A DNA stretch of 57,246 nucleotides from Acidobacteriota bacterium (GTDB taxonomy: Bacteria > Acidobacteriota > Vicinamibacteria > Vicinamibacterales > UBA2999), in contig JADZBZ010000214.1 in the NCBI GenBank assembly GCA_020851835.1, positions 1 to 57,246 of the forward strand. The letters run 5' to 3'. Shown in pieces: positions 10,082 to 20,073 of this stretch; the stretch's first letter is position 1, and the number at the start of each line of letters is the position of its first letter. The translations under genes were made by a program, and so were the position numbers. The notes under the pieces are model-generated. The model saw only the letters and a list, made by a program, of their open reading frames with translations, was not told the origin of the DNA and ran no database searches.

Positions 10082-10256
10082 GCCCCTTCAGCTTCTTCCT
10101 GATGTCCTCCTCGGAGTCGGAGCCGTCCAGCTTGGCCAGTTCCTTCTCGAGGATGTGGGTGATGAACTCGTCGACCGACGCATAGCCCGCGAGGTCCGCG
10201 TAGCGCTTGGCGCGAGCCACCAGGGCCTTGTCCAGCTTGATACCCGATCCGAACAT
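10065..10256 (-). CDS. Small ribbon-helix-helix-like protein (antitoxin-like)
   Basis: 63 aa. GIKLDKALVARAKRYADLAGYASVDEFITHILEKEL fits a beta-strand/helix/helix RHH layout. Confidence 0.45.
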   Translation of the reverse strand: MFGSGIKLDKALVARAKRYADLAGYASVDEFITHILEKELAKLDGSDSEEDIRKKLKGLGYIS

Positions 10257-10411
10257 GTCAGGGCGCCTCGCTTCGCCTGGGGAAGTCGTTGATGCCGAAC
10301 TCGGCGAGCAGCGCGGCCGCCAGTTGCTGCAGCGTTGGCGCCGGCCGCTTCAACGGCCGGCTGCTCAGGAGCACGCCCGGCACGGCCTCGTGAACCATGC
10401 AGTGGTCGCCG

Positions 10412-10507
10412 CTGTGGCGAGGGGGCGAAGATCGAACGCAGCACGGGCGTCAGCGTCTGATAACGTTGACTCCGTTACCTGCGGACCCGTTCATAGCGAC
10501 TATCGTC
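10412..10507 (+). repeat. Junction repeat, copy 3 (96-nt core)
   Basis: 96/96 identical to the other core copies. Left flank is the 5'-truncated end of an unknown minus-strand ORF; right flank is the truncated amidohydrolase. Confidence 0.95.
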
Positions 10508-10682
10508 GCACGTGGGCATCCACCAGCCCGCCGGGCAGCACCCACCCGCCGGGGAGCTCGCGCGCGCCGGCCACCGGCTGGCCGGTGAGCCGGCCGTCCA
10601 CGATCCACAGGTCCGCTGGCTCGTCGCCGTCAGGCAGGCTGACCGCCCGCACGTGCCAGGACGTAGCGCTCGATGACGCCAT
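10508..10682 (-). pseudogene. Amidohydrolase-superfamily protein, N-terminal ~58 aa only (3'-truncated at the repeat)
   Basis: ...DLWIVDGRLTG...LPGGWVLPGGLVDAHV is the typical N-terminus up to the first metal-binding HxH. The ORF then runs into the repeat. Confidence 0.65.
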
Positions 10683-10791
10683 GAGAAGCGTTCCTCCAAG
10701 GCAGAGCTTACGCCGCCTGGCAACGTGCGTGCGCGCGATTGCGGCTCATGAGCAGGCCGCCCAACACCATGAGCGATGGTATATTTCTGCC

Positions 10792-11037
10792 ATGCTGACT
10801 ACCATTGACGGGGCCGGTCGAATTGTCATTCCAAAGGCCACTCGCTCGAGGCTGGGCCTCGAGGCCGGCAGCGTGGTCGAAGTTCGTGAACGCGACGGAC
10901 TGCTGGAGATTGAGCCCGTGGCCACCGTGATGACGCTCAAGCCACGCGGCGGTGGGCTGGTCGCCGTTCCCGAAGAACCGCTGCCGCCCCTGACCGATGC
11001 GATGGTCCGGGCCACGCTCGAGGGGACACGGCGGTGA
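10792..11037 (+). CDS. vapB: AbrB/SpoVT-type antitoxin (VapB-like)
   Basis: MLTTIDGAGRIVIPKATRSRLGLEAGSVVEV is a SpoVT/AbrB swapped-hairpin motif. Overlaps the downstream PIN gene. Confidence 0.8.
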   Translation: MLTTIDGAGRIVIPKATRSRLGLEAGSVVEVRERDGLLEIEPVATVMTLKPRGGGLVAVPEEPLPPLTDAMVRATLEGTRR

Positions 11038-11438
11038 TCGCCGTGGACACGAGCGTGGCGGTAGCGGCGTTTGCCAGCTGGCACGAGGGGCACGCCTCGG
11101 CGGCGGCGGTGCTCACACGAGCGCCGAGGATTCCCGCCCACGTCGTGATTGAAACCTTCTCGGTCCTGACCCGCTTGCCGCCACCTCATCGGGCGCCTGC
11201 GGATGTGGTGCAGGCCTTTCTGGCAGGGCGGTTCGGCGATGCGCCCCTGGTGCTGCCGCCGCGGAGACACATGGGGCTGATCGAGATGGCGAGCCGCGAG
11301 GGGCTCACCGGCGGGGCCATCTACGACGCGCTGATCGCGGCCACCGTGCTGCATGCCGGCGCACGGCTGGTCACGCGGGATCAACGGGCGCGGATCATCT
11401 ACGACCGCGTGCGTGTGCCGTACGACTTCCTTGGCTGA
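11034..11438 (+). CDS. vapC: PIN-domain toxin (VapC)
   Basis: MIAVDTSVAVA... and ...GGAIYDALIAATVL... with acidic PIN residues. Coupled to vapB. Confidence 0.8.
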   Translation: MIAVDTSVAVAAFASWHEGHASAAAVLTRAPRIPAHVVIETFSVLTRLPPPHRAPADVVQAFLAGRFGDAPLVLPPRRHMGLIEMASREGLTGGAIYDALIAATVLHAGARLVTRDQRARIIYDRVRVPYDFLG

Positions 11439-11799
11439 CCCGCGCCTCTGGCGCGATGGAGCAGCGTGGGGTCGTTCATCTGCGGAGAGGTTCTCGGCGT
11501 CGCGCGGGTCGGGCACGCACCGCCGGATGACGTTCCGGAGGCCCCGCCCCGCGTTCCAGGACGTCGACAATGCGCCGGTTCGAATCGAGCGCCGTCAGCG
11601 CCAGGCCCGTAAGCCCTCCCTCTACGGGATGTAGACGGATGGTCGGCGCCGGATGTTACGCGCGGGTGGTCACGCTCCGCACGTAGCGACCCACCGCATG
11701 AGTGATGAGGCCTCCGCTCAGCATGGTCACGGCGACAGGGAAACCTCGACGTCGCGCAGCAGCCAGGCCGACACGCCCAGCGCGACGACGACGTAGGCG

Positions 11800-11926
11800 G
11801 CCCGCGCCAGGCAACCAGCGCCGCGATCTCGGCGATGCTGGCGCCCAGCCAGTAGTGGAGGCGAACGGCCGTCTGGTAGACATCGCGCAGTTCGTCCACC
11901 GAGGCCAGGATGGCGCGCCGGCCATC
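11800..11926 (-). pseudogene. Sigma-70 (ECF-type) region 4 fragment
   Basis: ...ELRDVYQTAVRLHYWLGASIAEIAALV... resembles a region 4.2 HTH. Stop immediately upstream and the frame is lost downstream. Confidence 0.35.
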
Positions 11927-12681
11927 TCAATCCTCATGGCGGCGGCCATATCCGTCGCACTGTTCGGCATCCTTCCAGCTAACACCTTGGGAAATGCCCG
12001 CGCCCTAGCGCCTCCTGGAACACGATGTCGGCATCCTCCCCAATCCGAGATCAGACATCCCGTCGATCCGGTCGGTCGGTCTCCAACGCGCCCGTCGGCT
12101 CCCGGTACAGACAGGCGCGCGCCGCGGGCTGCAGCGTGTGATCGGGCCGTTCCAGCCGCATGACGCGATCGGCCACGCGGCGCCGTTCGTCGTAGACGGC
12201 CGCCGGCAGCTCGGGCATGGCAGCGATATCGACCCGCGTTCTAAAGTCCCAGCAGCCGTGCACCATCACTCATGGACATGGCGCGATGGACCCGGACTCT
12301 GGTTCACGCAATCCGGCTCCCCATCGTCGAGCGGTCGTCGCCGCGGCCGGTCCTGGGGGGTACCGTGTCGGGCCGGGCAACCCTGCGACCTGCAGGCGCG
12401 AGGACGAGACCGTGCCCGGCAATCTTGCGGAGTCGACGGCGACCGGGACGGCGTCAGCCACGGCGGTCGTCCTCCCGCGACTGCCGCCTCGGGCAGCGGG
12501 GCGCCGGTCCGCCGGCGCGCCGTCGCCAACGCCGGTGCTGCCGGACGGAGATGGCCGCAGGTCGATAGCCGGGACACGTCCGACCTGTTGGCAAGCACGA
12601 CACAGACCCCGGCACGGGAGCACTGGACTGTTCCATGGAACGGCCCCGGCACAGTCCTGACGGCGCCGTATTCTGCCCTGT

Positions 12682-13269
12682 TCAACTCCGTACGTACCCG
12701 TGGAGTGCCGAGCGCTTTCCTCCCCGCCGGTGCACCTCATCTGACAGCGCGTGCACGCCGCTCGCATCGATCCACCGATTGTAGAAGTTGAAGAGCGCGC
12801 AGACGGTGATCGCGAAGTAGAGGGCCTCGTCGGTCCAGCCTGCGGCCCGCGGGACGTCCAGATCGGCGATGCTGAGCGCCGGCGAGGCATGATTCACCCG
12901 ATCGACGAATCGAAAGAGCACCTTGTGCCGTTCGTCGAGTGCGGACGACTCCAGGTCGGCTATCACGGAGTCCACCAGTGCCGAGTCTCCGAGCAACTCC
13001 GCCGCAACTGCGGCGTGGGACTTCAGTCAGAAGGAGCACTGGTTGCGCTTCGATGTGTACGCGGCGATCAGCTCGCGAATCCCGGGGCTGAGCGGCGCGG
13101 GCCCGCGCAGGATCTCCTGCGTGAAACGGGCCAGGTGGTCGGTCGCACGAGGAAGATAGGCGAACAGGTGCCAGATCTGGGGATACTCGGCACCTTGCGC
13201 CCGCATCTGTTCGATGAGCGCGCGGTAGGGGCCCGGCTGCGGGTTCTGTTCGACTTCAGGCATGAACAT
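12682..13269 (-). CDS. AhpD/carboxymuconolactone-decarboxylase-like peroxidase-related protein with an in-frame TGA at 13027..13029 (selenocysteine candidate, or a pseudogene)
   Basis: ORFs 13027..13575 and 12682..12996 are in the same frame, with the two stops 345 nt apart. The joined sequence reads ...SKRNQCSF[TGA]LKSHAAV..., i.e. CxxCxxxH with TGA at the second Cys. Joined length ~195 aa fits the family. Confidence 0.55.
13000..13015 (-). promoter_or_regulatory. SECIS-like hairpin candidate (CGCCGC-AGUU-GCGGCG)
   Basis: Perfect 6-bp GC stem with a GU-containing tetraloop, starting 11 nt 3' of the in-frame UGA on the minus strand. Confidence 0.4.
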
Positions 13270-13429
13270 CGGTTTGATCCGGCCACCTGTGAGAGGTTGT
13301 CGAGTCCGCGTCACCGACTCCACGACGGACGGGGACTTCAACGTTCCCCGGACTGTACTCCACGGCACGGGCTTCCCGCGCACCGGCGCCAGCCTCGTCG
13401 CGGCCAGCTCATCCGGTCTGGATCGACCG

Positions 13430-13600
13430 GCTAGCGCCTGGCAGATCGTCCACCAGCTCCTCATCGAGTCGAGCGTGCTGGCCGTGCGGGGCGGATTGGG
13501 CGGGCTGCTGGTGGCGGCCGGCCTCTTGATCCGCAGCCTCGCGGACGTGAGCCGTGTGGACCTCGGCCTGAGCACCGAGCACGTCGTCGGCTCGGCCGGG
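13430..13600 (+). pseudogene. ADOP/MacB-type permease internal fragment
   Basis: ...QIVHQLLIESSVLAVRGGLGGLLVAAGLLI... matches the region after the first FtsX module in the intact ADOP genes here. No start, and the frame is lost on both sides. Confidence 0.45.
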
Positions 13601-13739
13601 GCGCCATGTATGCAGGGCTATTCGCCCGAGCGCACGGGGCCTTCCTCGAGCAGCGCGAGCCGGCTGAAGGAGATCGTGCACCGGTGCATCGGTGAGCGCC
13701 GCAAGCGTTACGACAGCGCGGACGAGCCCGGCGCGGTCT

Positions 13740-14924
13740 TCACGTGCCGGGCGCACCGGGCCCCAGCCCCATCACCACCAGCGTCTGATCGTCGTCGGCC
13801 TCGCGCCCTCCGGCAAACCGCTCGAGGTCCGTCATCACCGCCGAGACGATGGCCTCGGGACTCGACGCGGCGGAGCGCGCCAGTGACGTCGTCAGCCGGT
13901 CCTGATCGAAGAGGGTGCCGTTGGGCGCCTGCCGATCGGTAATGCCGTCGGTGTAGACCACCAGGCGATCGCCGGGCTCGAGGCGCTGCTCGGGGCACTC
14001 CACGTTGCCGAGGTCCCTGAACAGCAGCATCATGGCCGACCCGCCCGCCGCGGGCACCACTTCGCGCCCGGGGCGGATCAGCAGGGGCGTCGGGTGGCCC
14101 GCCGACACGGCCCGCCACGTACGGCGCTCGACGTCGAGCACGCCGTAGACGGCCGTGGCGAACATGGCCGTGTCCCACAGGAAGTCGAAGTGACGGTTGA
14201 TGTGGGTCAGCACGGCCAGCGGGTCGTCGGGCACGCCCGGGAAGGTGTGCAGCACCGCCCGGATCATGGCCATGACGATGGCGGCCGGTGCGCCATGACC
14301 CGAGACGTCGGCCACCATCACGCCGAAGCGGCGGCCGCCGAGCGCAATCACATCGTAGTAGTCGCCGCCGGCGTGTCGGCTGGTCTGGTAGAAGGCTGCG
14401 AACGCCGCCCCGGCGTCGGCCGGCATGGTCCTCGGCAGCAGCCGTCGCTGCATGTCGGCCGCGGCCGCCAGCTCGCGGTCCAGACGGTCCCGGCTCCGCC
14501 GCAACTCGCGCTCGAGATACTGGCGCGTCAGGTGGTTCGCCACGCGCGCCAGCACTTCCTCGGCCTGAATCGGCTTGGTGATGTAGTCGGCCGCGCCGAT
14601 GCTGAGGCCCGACACCTTGTCGGAGACTTCGCCGAGCGCCGACAGGAAGATCACGACGCTCTCCTGGGTCTCGGGCCGGCTCTTGAGGGCGCGGCACACC
14701 TCGAAACCGTCCATGTCCGGCATCATCACGTCCAGGAGGATCAGGTCGGGCCGCGCCCGCTCCGCGATGTCGAGGGCCGCGCGGCCCGAGGTGGCCGCCA
14801 GCAGGCGATGGCCGCTCGCGTGCAGGGTCCGGACCAGGACCTGCAGGTTCACGGGGCTGTCGTCCACCACGAGGATGGTCGACGAGGGCACACGCGCCAC
14901 GCCACTCGGGCCGGGCGCGCTCAT
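13740..14924 (-). CDS. Response regulator receiver fused to a PP2C/SpoIIE phosphatase (RsbU-like)
   Basis: REC: ILVVDDSPVNLQVL...DLILLDVMMPDMDGFEV. PP2C: GGDYYDV...VADVSGHG...VVYTDGITD. Confidence 0.85.
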   Translation of the reverse strand: MSAPGPSGVARVPSSTILVVDDSPVNLQVLVRTLHASGHRLLAATSGRAALDIAERARPDLILLDVMMPDMDGFEVCRALKSRPETQESVVIFLSALGEVSDKVSGLSIGAADYITKPIQAEEVLARVANHLTRQYLERELRRSRDRLDRELAAAADMQRRLLPRTMPADAGAAFAAFYQTSRHAGGDYYDVIALGGRRFGVMVADVSGHGAPAAIVMAMIRAVLHTFPGVPDDPLAVLTHINRHFDFLWDTAMFATAVYGVLDVERRTWRAVSAGHPTPLLIRPGREVVPAAGGSAMMLLFRDLGNVECPEQRLEPGDRLVVYTDGITDRQAPNGTLFDQDRLTTSLARSAASSPEAIVSAVMTDLERFAGGREADDDQTLVVMGLGPGAPGT

Positions 14925-17644
14925 CGGGCCCCCTCCGAACGCCCGAGCAGGCGGTGCGCCAGGTCCGCCAGTCCCTCGAAGTCGAACTGCGCGTTCAGCC
15001 GCGCGATGCGCTGGCCGAGAGCGGCTTCCCCGTCATCGCCCGCGACCAGCTCCTGCGCCAGCGCCTCGATGTCGGTCACACTGCCGATGCTGGCGGCTTC
15101 GTGGAGCCGGCGCGCCAGGTCCACGCGCCGCGAGTGGTCCGACAGCTCGGGCTCGCGCGGCGGTTCGGGCGCGGGTGTGACGATGAAGCGGACACCGAGG
15201 TGCTCGCGCAGCGCCGCATAGAGCGACTCCGCGCGAACGGGCTTGGACAGATAGTCGGTGCACCCCGCGTCCCGGGCGGCCTGCCGGGTATCGCCGAAGG
15301 CGCTGGCGGTGACGGCAATCACCGGAATCGATGCGACCGAGGCGTCCTGCTTGAGCCGGCGCGTGGTCTCGAGACCGTCGAGCCCGCCCATGCGGAGGTC
15401 CATGAGGATCACGTCTGGTGCGTGTGCGCGCGCCAGCCGCAGCACTTCGTCGCCCCCGGCCGCCGTGATCACCCGAACGCCCGCGCTCTCGAGCAGCCGC
15501 GCCAGGATCCGGCGATTCACCGTGCTGTCGTCCACGACCAGGGCCGTGAGGTCTTCGCCCGGCGCCAGGCGGGCATCGAGCGGAGGATCGAGCGGCTCGT
15601 CGGCCGGCGGCCCGGCGCCCTCGCCCGCCGCGACGAGGGGAAGCGCAAAGAAGAAGCGGCTGCCCTCCCCCGGCGTGCTCTCGACGCGCAGGTCGTCGCC
15701 CATGGTCTGGATGAGATGCCGACTGATCGTCAGGCCCAGCCCGGTGCCACCGGCGGCCGCCCCCGCCCGGGTCTGGGTGAAAGCGTCGAAGATGCCCGTC
15801 AGCGCCTCGGGCTCGATGCCCACACCGGTATCGCTCACCTCGAAGCACAACTGGCGGTCGTCGACCACTTCGATGGCCAGGCGCACCTCGCCCTGATGCG
15901 TGAACTTGAGGGCGTTGCCGAGCAGGTTGAGCAGGACCTGCCTCAGGTGGCGCCCGTCCAGGCAGACCCGCTGCGGCACATCGGGTGCGATTGTCATGGT
16001 CAGCAGCAGACCCTTGCGGCGTGCGGCCTCGGCCACGACGTACTTCAGGTCGATGATGAGCTGCGCCAGGTTGGTCGACGTGGGCTCGATGTCGATGCGT
16101 CCCGCCTCGATGCGCGACAGGTCCAGCACGTCGTTGATGAGGTCCAGCAGGTGCGCGCCGCACCTGGCGATGGCCTCGAGTGCGTCGCGCTGCGTGGCGT
16201 TCAGCGTGCGATCGCGCTGCAGGAGCTGGGTGTAGCCCAGCACGCCGTTGAGCGGGGTCCTGAGCTCGTGGCTCATGCTGGCCAGGAAGTCGCTCTTGGC
16301 GCGGGTCGCGGCCTCGGCCGACTCCTTCGCGGCGCGGAGCTGCGCCTCCTGTTCGCGCCTGGCCGTGATGTCGCGGATGAACGCCCCGAAGAAGTAGCCC
16401 CCGGCCAGCGGTATGGGTGACGTGATGGTGATCTCGATGGGAAACTCGCCCCCCGTGCGATGGAGCGCGGTCCGTTCCAGCCGGGTGTTCAGGACCGGGG
16501 CATCCCCTGTCTCGAGGAACCGCCGCATGCCCCGATGGTGTGCCTCGCGATAGGCCGGCGGAATGATGGTCTCGGCCATGTCGCGGCCCAGGACCTCCTC
16601 GGGCGACCATCCGAACACGGCCTCGGCCTGAGCGTTCCACGTGACGATGGTTCCGGCCGTGTCGATGCCGACGAACGCGTCGTGCGCCGTATCGACGACG
16701 AGGCGGGCGCGCGCCTCGCTGTCGGCCAGCCTCGCCAGCGCCTCGCGCCGTTCCTGGTCCGCCAGCGCCATGGCGATGAGGTTGGCCGTCGAGATGGCGA
16801 AGTTCTGTTCGTCCACCGTCCAGTGGCGCGCGCCGCCGACGTGCTCGGCGCAGAGCACGCCCCTCATGTGGTCGTCCTGCCGCAGCGGCACGTCCAGCAT
16901 GGCGCCGATGCCGTTGGGCGCCAGATAGTCCGACTGGAAGTCCCGCGTCCGCGGGTCGGTGCGGGCATCGGCGGCGGCGATCACCCGCTCGCGTTCGAGC
17001 GCATCGAAGTACGGCCCCGCCTCGGCGCGATGGAGCACGGCGCCCGACTCGTGGCTGCCGGGCGTGCGGCGGTGGAGGTCCACGCAGCGGATGGCCTGCC
17101 GGGACTCGTCGATCCGCCAGAGGCTCAGGCGCTCGACGTCCAGGGTCCGCGCCGAGACCTCGAGGATGCTCCGCAGGCGCTCCTCGAAGCGGCCGCTCGA
17201 CCCGGCATCACGCGCCGTGAGTTCGGTGAGGGCCCCGCTCTGCGACACCAACCGGGCCTCGCTGGCCTTGAGGATCCGCTCGGCCAGGACCTGGTCGGTG
17301 ATGTCGCTGAACACGGTCAAGATGGCGTCCTCACCGCCGAAGGTGACTCGCCGGGACGACACGCTGGCCCAGAGGGTCTCGCCCGTGGGACGCTTGAGCT
17401 CGAACCGACGGTTCTCGGCGCGCCCCTCGCGCGTCACCTGCTCAGCCAGCCGGCGGCGCTCATCCGGGTTGACGTAGTAGTCGGGCGCGTGCTCGCCGAC
17501 GGCGTCCTCCTGGGCGATGCCGAATACGTCGGACGTGCGCTGGTTGATGGCGAGGACGACGTGGTCGCGCAGGCGCGTCACCACGGCGGGGAACGGACTC
17601 GCGTCGAACAACTGGAAGAAGAGTGCGTCGTCAGAGTCCGACAT
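14921..17644 (-). CDS. Hybrid sensor histidine kinase (PAS-GAF-PAS-HisKA-HATPase-REC-HPt-like)
   Basis: H-box SHELRTPLNGVLGY, G-boxes DTGVGI/GTGLGLTIS, REC LVVDDSTVNRRIL...VILMDLRMGGLDG. Start moved to MSDSDDALFF. 4-nt overlap with the REC-PP2C gene. Confidence 0.85.
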   Translation of the reverse strand: MSDSDDALFFQLFDASPFPAVVTRLRDHVVLAINQRTSDVFGIAQEDAVGEHAPDYYVNPDERRRLAEQVTREGRAENRRFELKRPTGETLWASVSSRRVTFGGEDAILTVFSDITDQVLAERILKASEARLVSQSGALTELTARDAGSSGRFEERLRSILEVSARTLDVERLSLWRIDESRQAIRCVDLHRRTPGSHESGAVLHRAEAGPYFDALERERVIAAADARTDPRTRDFQSDYLAPNGIGAMLDVPLRQDDHMRGVLCAEHVGGARHWTVDEQNFAISTANLIAMALADQERREALARLADSEARARLVVDTAHDAFVGIDTAGTIVTWNAQAEAVFGWSPEEVLGRDMAETIIPPAYREAHHRGMRRFLETGDAPVLNTRLERTALHRTGGEFPIEITITSPIPLAGGYFFGAFIRDITARREQEAQLRAAKESAEAATRAKSDFLASMSHELRTPLNGVLGYTQLLQRDRTLNATQRDALEAIARCGAHLLDLINDVLDLSRIEAGRIDIEPTSTNLAQLIIDLKYVVAEAARRKGLLLTMTIAPDVPQRVCLDGRHLRQVLLNLLGNALKFTHQGEVRLAIEVVDDRQLCFEVSDTGVGIEPEALTGIFDAFTQTRAGAAAGGTGLGLTISRHLIQTMGDDLRVESTPGEGSRFFFALPLVAAGEGAGPPADEPLDPPLDARLAPGEDLTALVVDDSTVNRRILARLLESAGVRVITAAGGDEVLRLARAHAPDVILMDLRMGGLDGLETTRRLKQDASVASIPVIAVTASAFGDTRQAARDAGCTDYLSKPVRAESLYAALREHLGVRFIVTPAPEPPREPELSDHSRRVDLARRLHEAASIGSVTDIEALAQELVAGDDGEAALGQRIARLNAQFDFEGLADLAHRLLGRSEGAR

Positions 17645-17866
17645 GGGTGGCGATTGGTCGGCGACGCTCGCGGCGCCCCGGACAATCGCGTTACGGTACC
17701 CGTGACCGAACCCGACGTCAAGGCGCCGGCTCGTTCGTGTCAAGACTCGTTGGAAATGTCCCCTTCCCAAGAAGCTGCTGGAGGCCTGTGGACGCTCGTG
17801 GAAACCCACCCCGTCGTCAGGGCACTGTCACCACGAGCTCATCCGACGACAGACCCGCGCCCCTAG

Positions 17867-17995
17867 ACCACCGTGCTGCATGCCGGCGCACGGCGGGTCA
17901 CGCGGGATCAACGCGCCCGGATCACCGACGACCGCGTGCGCGTGCCGTACGATTTCCTCGAGTGACCCGCGCCTCTGGTGCCATGGCGTAGCGGG
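17867..17995 (+). pseudogene. Orphan 3' fragment of a vapC paralogue (plus ~30 nt of its downstream sequence)
   Basis: DNA aligns to 11339..11470 with scattered mismatches. Encodes ...TVLHAGARRVTRDQRARITDDRVRVPYDFLE*. Confidence 0.7.
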
Positions 17996-18200
17996 GCGGC
18001 TGCTTGACCCCGGCCCGCCAGTCCAGCATCACCGTGAGCGGCCGCGTGCCGCCCGTCCCTCATCGACGCCCACCACGGCGGGCAGCGTCACGGTTGGTGA
18101 CTGCCCGGTCTGCGCCCCGGCCGGCGCGGCGCTCGGGAACCCGAGCAGCGCCGCGAGCACGCCGGCGGGACGCGAGAAAGGGCAGATGCGCATCGCAGCC

Positions 18201-18589
18201 TCATGTCCCGCCGCGCGGGCGGAGCGGCAGCGTCCACACGTTGCCGCGCCGCTCGCCGCGCTCGTAGACCACGAGGTCGCCGCGACGCGACCAGTCCGGG
18301 TACCGGACGTAGACGTTGGCGGGGCCGGCGGGCAGCATCACACCTCGCCGGCGGGTGGCGACGTCGATCCACTGGAGGCTCCATCGCCCCGCGCGCAGCA
18401 TGGCCACCGCGATCCGGGTACCGTCGGGCGACCAGCTCCGCACCCAGGTCTGGCCCGGCTCGTCGGTGAGCCGCCGGAGTGCCCCCGTCGCGAGATCGAT
18501 GACGCCGGCATGCGTGGAGGTGCCGTCCTTGATCTCCACGGCGAGCCGCCGCTCGTCCGGCGACCAGGCGGGATAGCCCACCCACACGG
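18201..18589 (-). pseudogene. TolB-like (PD40/WD40-like beta-propeller) protein, C-terminal ~128 aa only (5'-truncated at the repeat)
   Basis: WSPDERRLAV...WSPDGTRIAV...YPDWSRRGDLVVYE are PD40 repeats. The reading frame runs straight into repeat copy 4. Confidence 0.6.
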
Positions 18590-18685
18590 CTGTGGCGAGG
18601 GGGCGAAGATCGAACGCAGCACGGGCGTCAGCGTCTGATAACGTTGACTCCGTTACCTGCGGACCCGTTCATAGCGACTATCGTC
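18590..18685 (+). repeat. Junction repeat, copy 4 (96-nt core)
   Basis: 96/96 identical to the other cores. Sits between the TolB-like fragment (-) and the quinone oxidoreductase fragment (+). Confidence 0.95.
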
Positions 18686-19492
18686 TCGCCGACCGGAGTC
18701 ATCCGGCGCGCGCGGCTCCAGCCGCGTCACCTGCCGGCCCACGGCGGGGAGACGGACGTCAAGGCAGGCGACCGCGTGGCCTACCCCATGGTCCGCGGCA
18801 CCTACGCCGAACACCACATCGTCCCCGCCCGCCTCATCATCAAGGTGTCCGACGCGCTGCCGCTCGAAACCGCGGCCGCCGTGCTGCTGCAGGGCACCAC
18901 CGCGCACTACCTCACGCGGTCCACGTTCCCGCTGAAGGACGGGCAGGTCTGCCTGGTGCACGCGGCCGCCGGCGGCGCCGGCGGCCTGGTGGTGCAGATG
19001 GCAAAGGCAGCCGGCGCGCGTGTGATCGGGACGGTGTCCACACAGGCCAAGGCGGAGGAGATCCTGGCCCTCGGCGCCGACCACGCCGTCATCTACACGG
19101 AACAGGACTTCGAAGCCGAAACCATGCGCCTTACCGACGGCCGCGGCGTAGACGTGGTGTACGACTCGGTAGGGAAGACCACGTTCGACAAGAGCCTGGC
19201 GGTGCTGCGGCCGCGCGGCCTGCTGGCGCTGTTCGGCCAGTCCAGCGGCCCGGTGGCGCCGGTAGACCCGCTCAGGCTGAACGCGAAGTCGCTGTTCTTC
19301 ACCCGGCCGTCGCTGGGGCATTACCTGGGCACCACCGAGGAGCTGCGCTGGCGCGCGACCGAGGTGTTCGACCTGGTGGCCGAAGGCCGCCTGAAGGTGC
19401 GCGTGGAGCGGACCTATCCGCTGGCCGAGGCCGCCCAGGCGCATCGGGACCTGGAGAGCCGGAAGACCAGCGGCAAGCTGCTGCTGGCCGTG
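18686..19492 (+). pseudogene. NADPH:quinone oxidoreductase (zeta-crystallin/MDR family) lacking its N-terminus
   Basis: ...VKAGDRVAY...VHAAAGGAGGLVVQMAKAAGARVIGTVS...SGKLLLAV. About the first 60 aa are missing. Natural stop apparently lost. Confidence 0.7.
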
Positions 19493-19626
19493 GGTTACCT
19501 AGGCCTCACGACGCGGGGCCGGCGCGCGCTCGTTCCCGCGCCGGCAACTCTGCGCTGCCATGCCCGGACCCACGAGTCCGGGATGACGACAGGCCACATG
19601 ACCGCGTCTTTGCCGCCACGGCCAGT

Positions 19627-19989
19627 ATGACCCTGCACATCGGCACGCTGGTTGGGCCCAACGAGATCACGGCGACGGTCGGCGCCGGCGGGATGGGAGA
19701 GGTCTATCGGGATCCGGATTCGAATCTCGGACGCGATGTGGCCATCAAGATCCTCCCGGTCGAGTTCGCCCAGGATGCCGACCGCCGGATGCGCTTCGAA
19801 CGCGAGGCGCGGCTGCTGGCGTCGCTGAACCATCCGCACATCGCGCACGTGTACGGCCTCGAGGCCCACGAGTCGTCTACCGCTCTGGTCATGGTTGAGG
19901 GCGATGACTTGAAGCAACATCTCGAACGGGGGCCGATGGCGGTTGAGGACGCCTGTGAAGGGGGGCGAATCTCCAATGAATCAACGCGT
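19627..19989 (+). pseudogene. Ser/Thr protein kinase, N-terminal ~110 aa only, decayed
   Basis: GAGGMGEVYR...GRDVAIKILP...FEREARLLASLNHPHIAHVYGLE (subdomains I-V) with small indels. Ends at the inverted repeat copy. Confidence 0.65.
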
Positions 19990-20073
19990 GACGATAGTCG
20001 GGATAAACGGGTCCCCGAGGTTGACGGAACCGGCGTTCTCAGACCTTCACGGGAGATTCGCCCCTCGCCACAG
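19990..20073 (-). repeat. Degenerate, inverted copy of the junction repeat (84 nt)
   Basis: GACGATAGTCGggATaAACGGGTCC...CAGAC...GATTCGCCCCTCGCCACAG aligns end to end with the reverse complement of the core. By eye roughly 70% identity with one ~12-nt deletion. Confidence 0.75.

Noticed and set aside
11440-12680. Several 100 to 217-aa ORFs in the gap between vapC and the AhpD-like gene
   Set aside because: All are low-complexity Arg/Pro/Gly-rich with no recognisable motifs. Only a short sigma-70 region-4-like stretch looked real. The gap is probably decayed or non-coding, but I cannot exclude a novel small gene.
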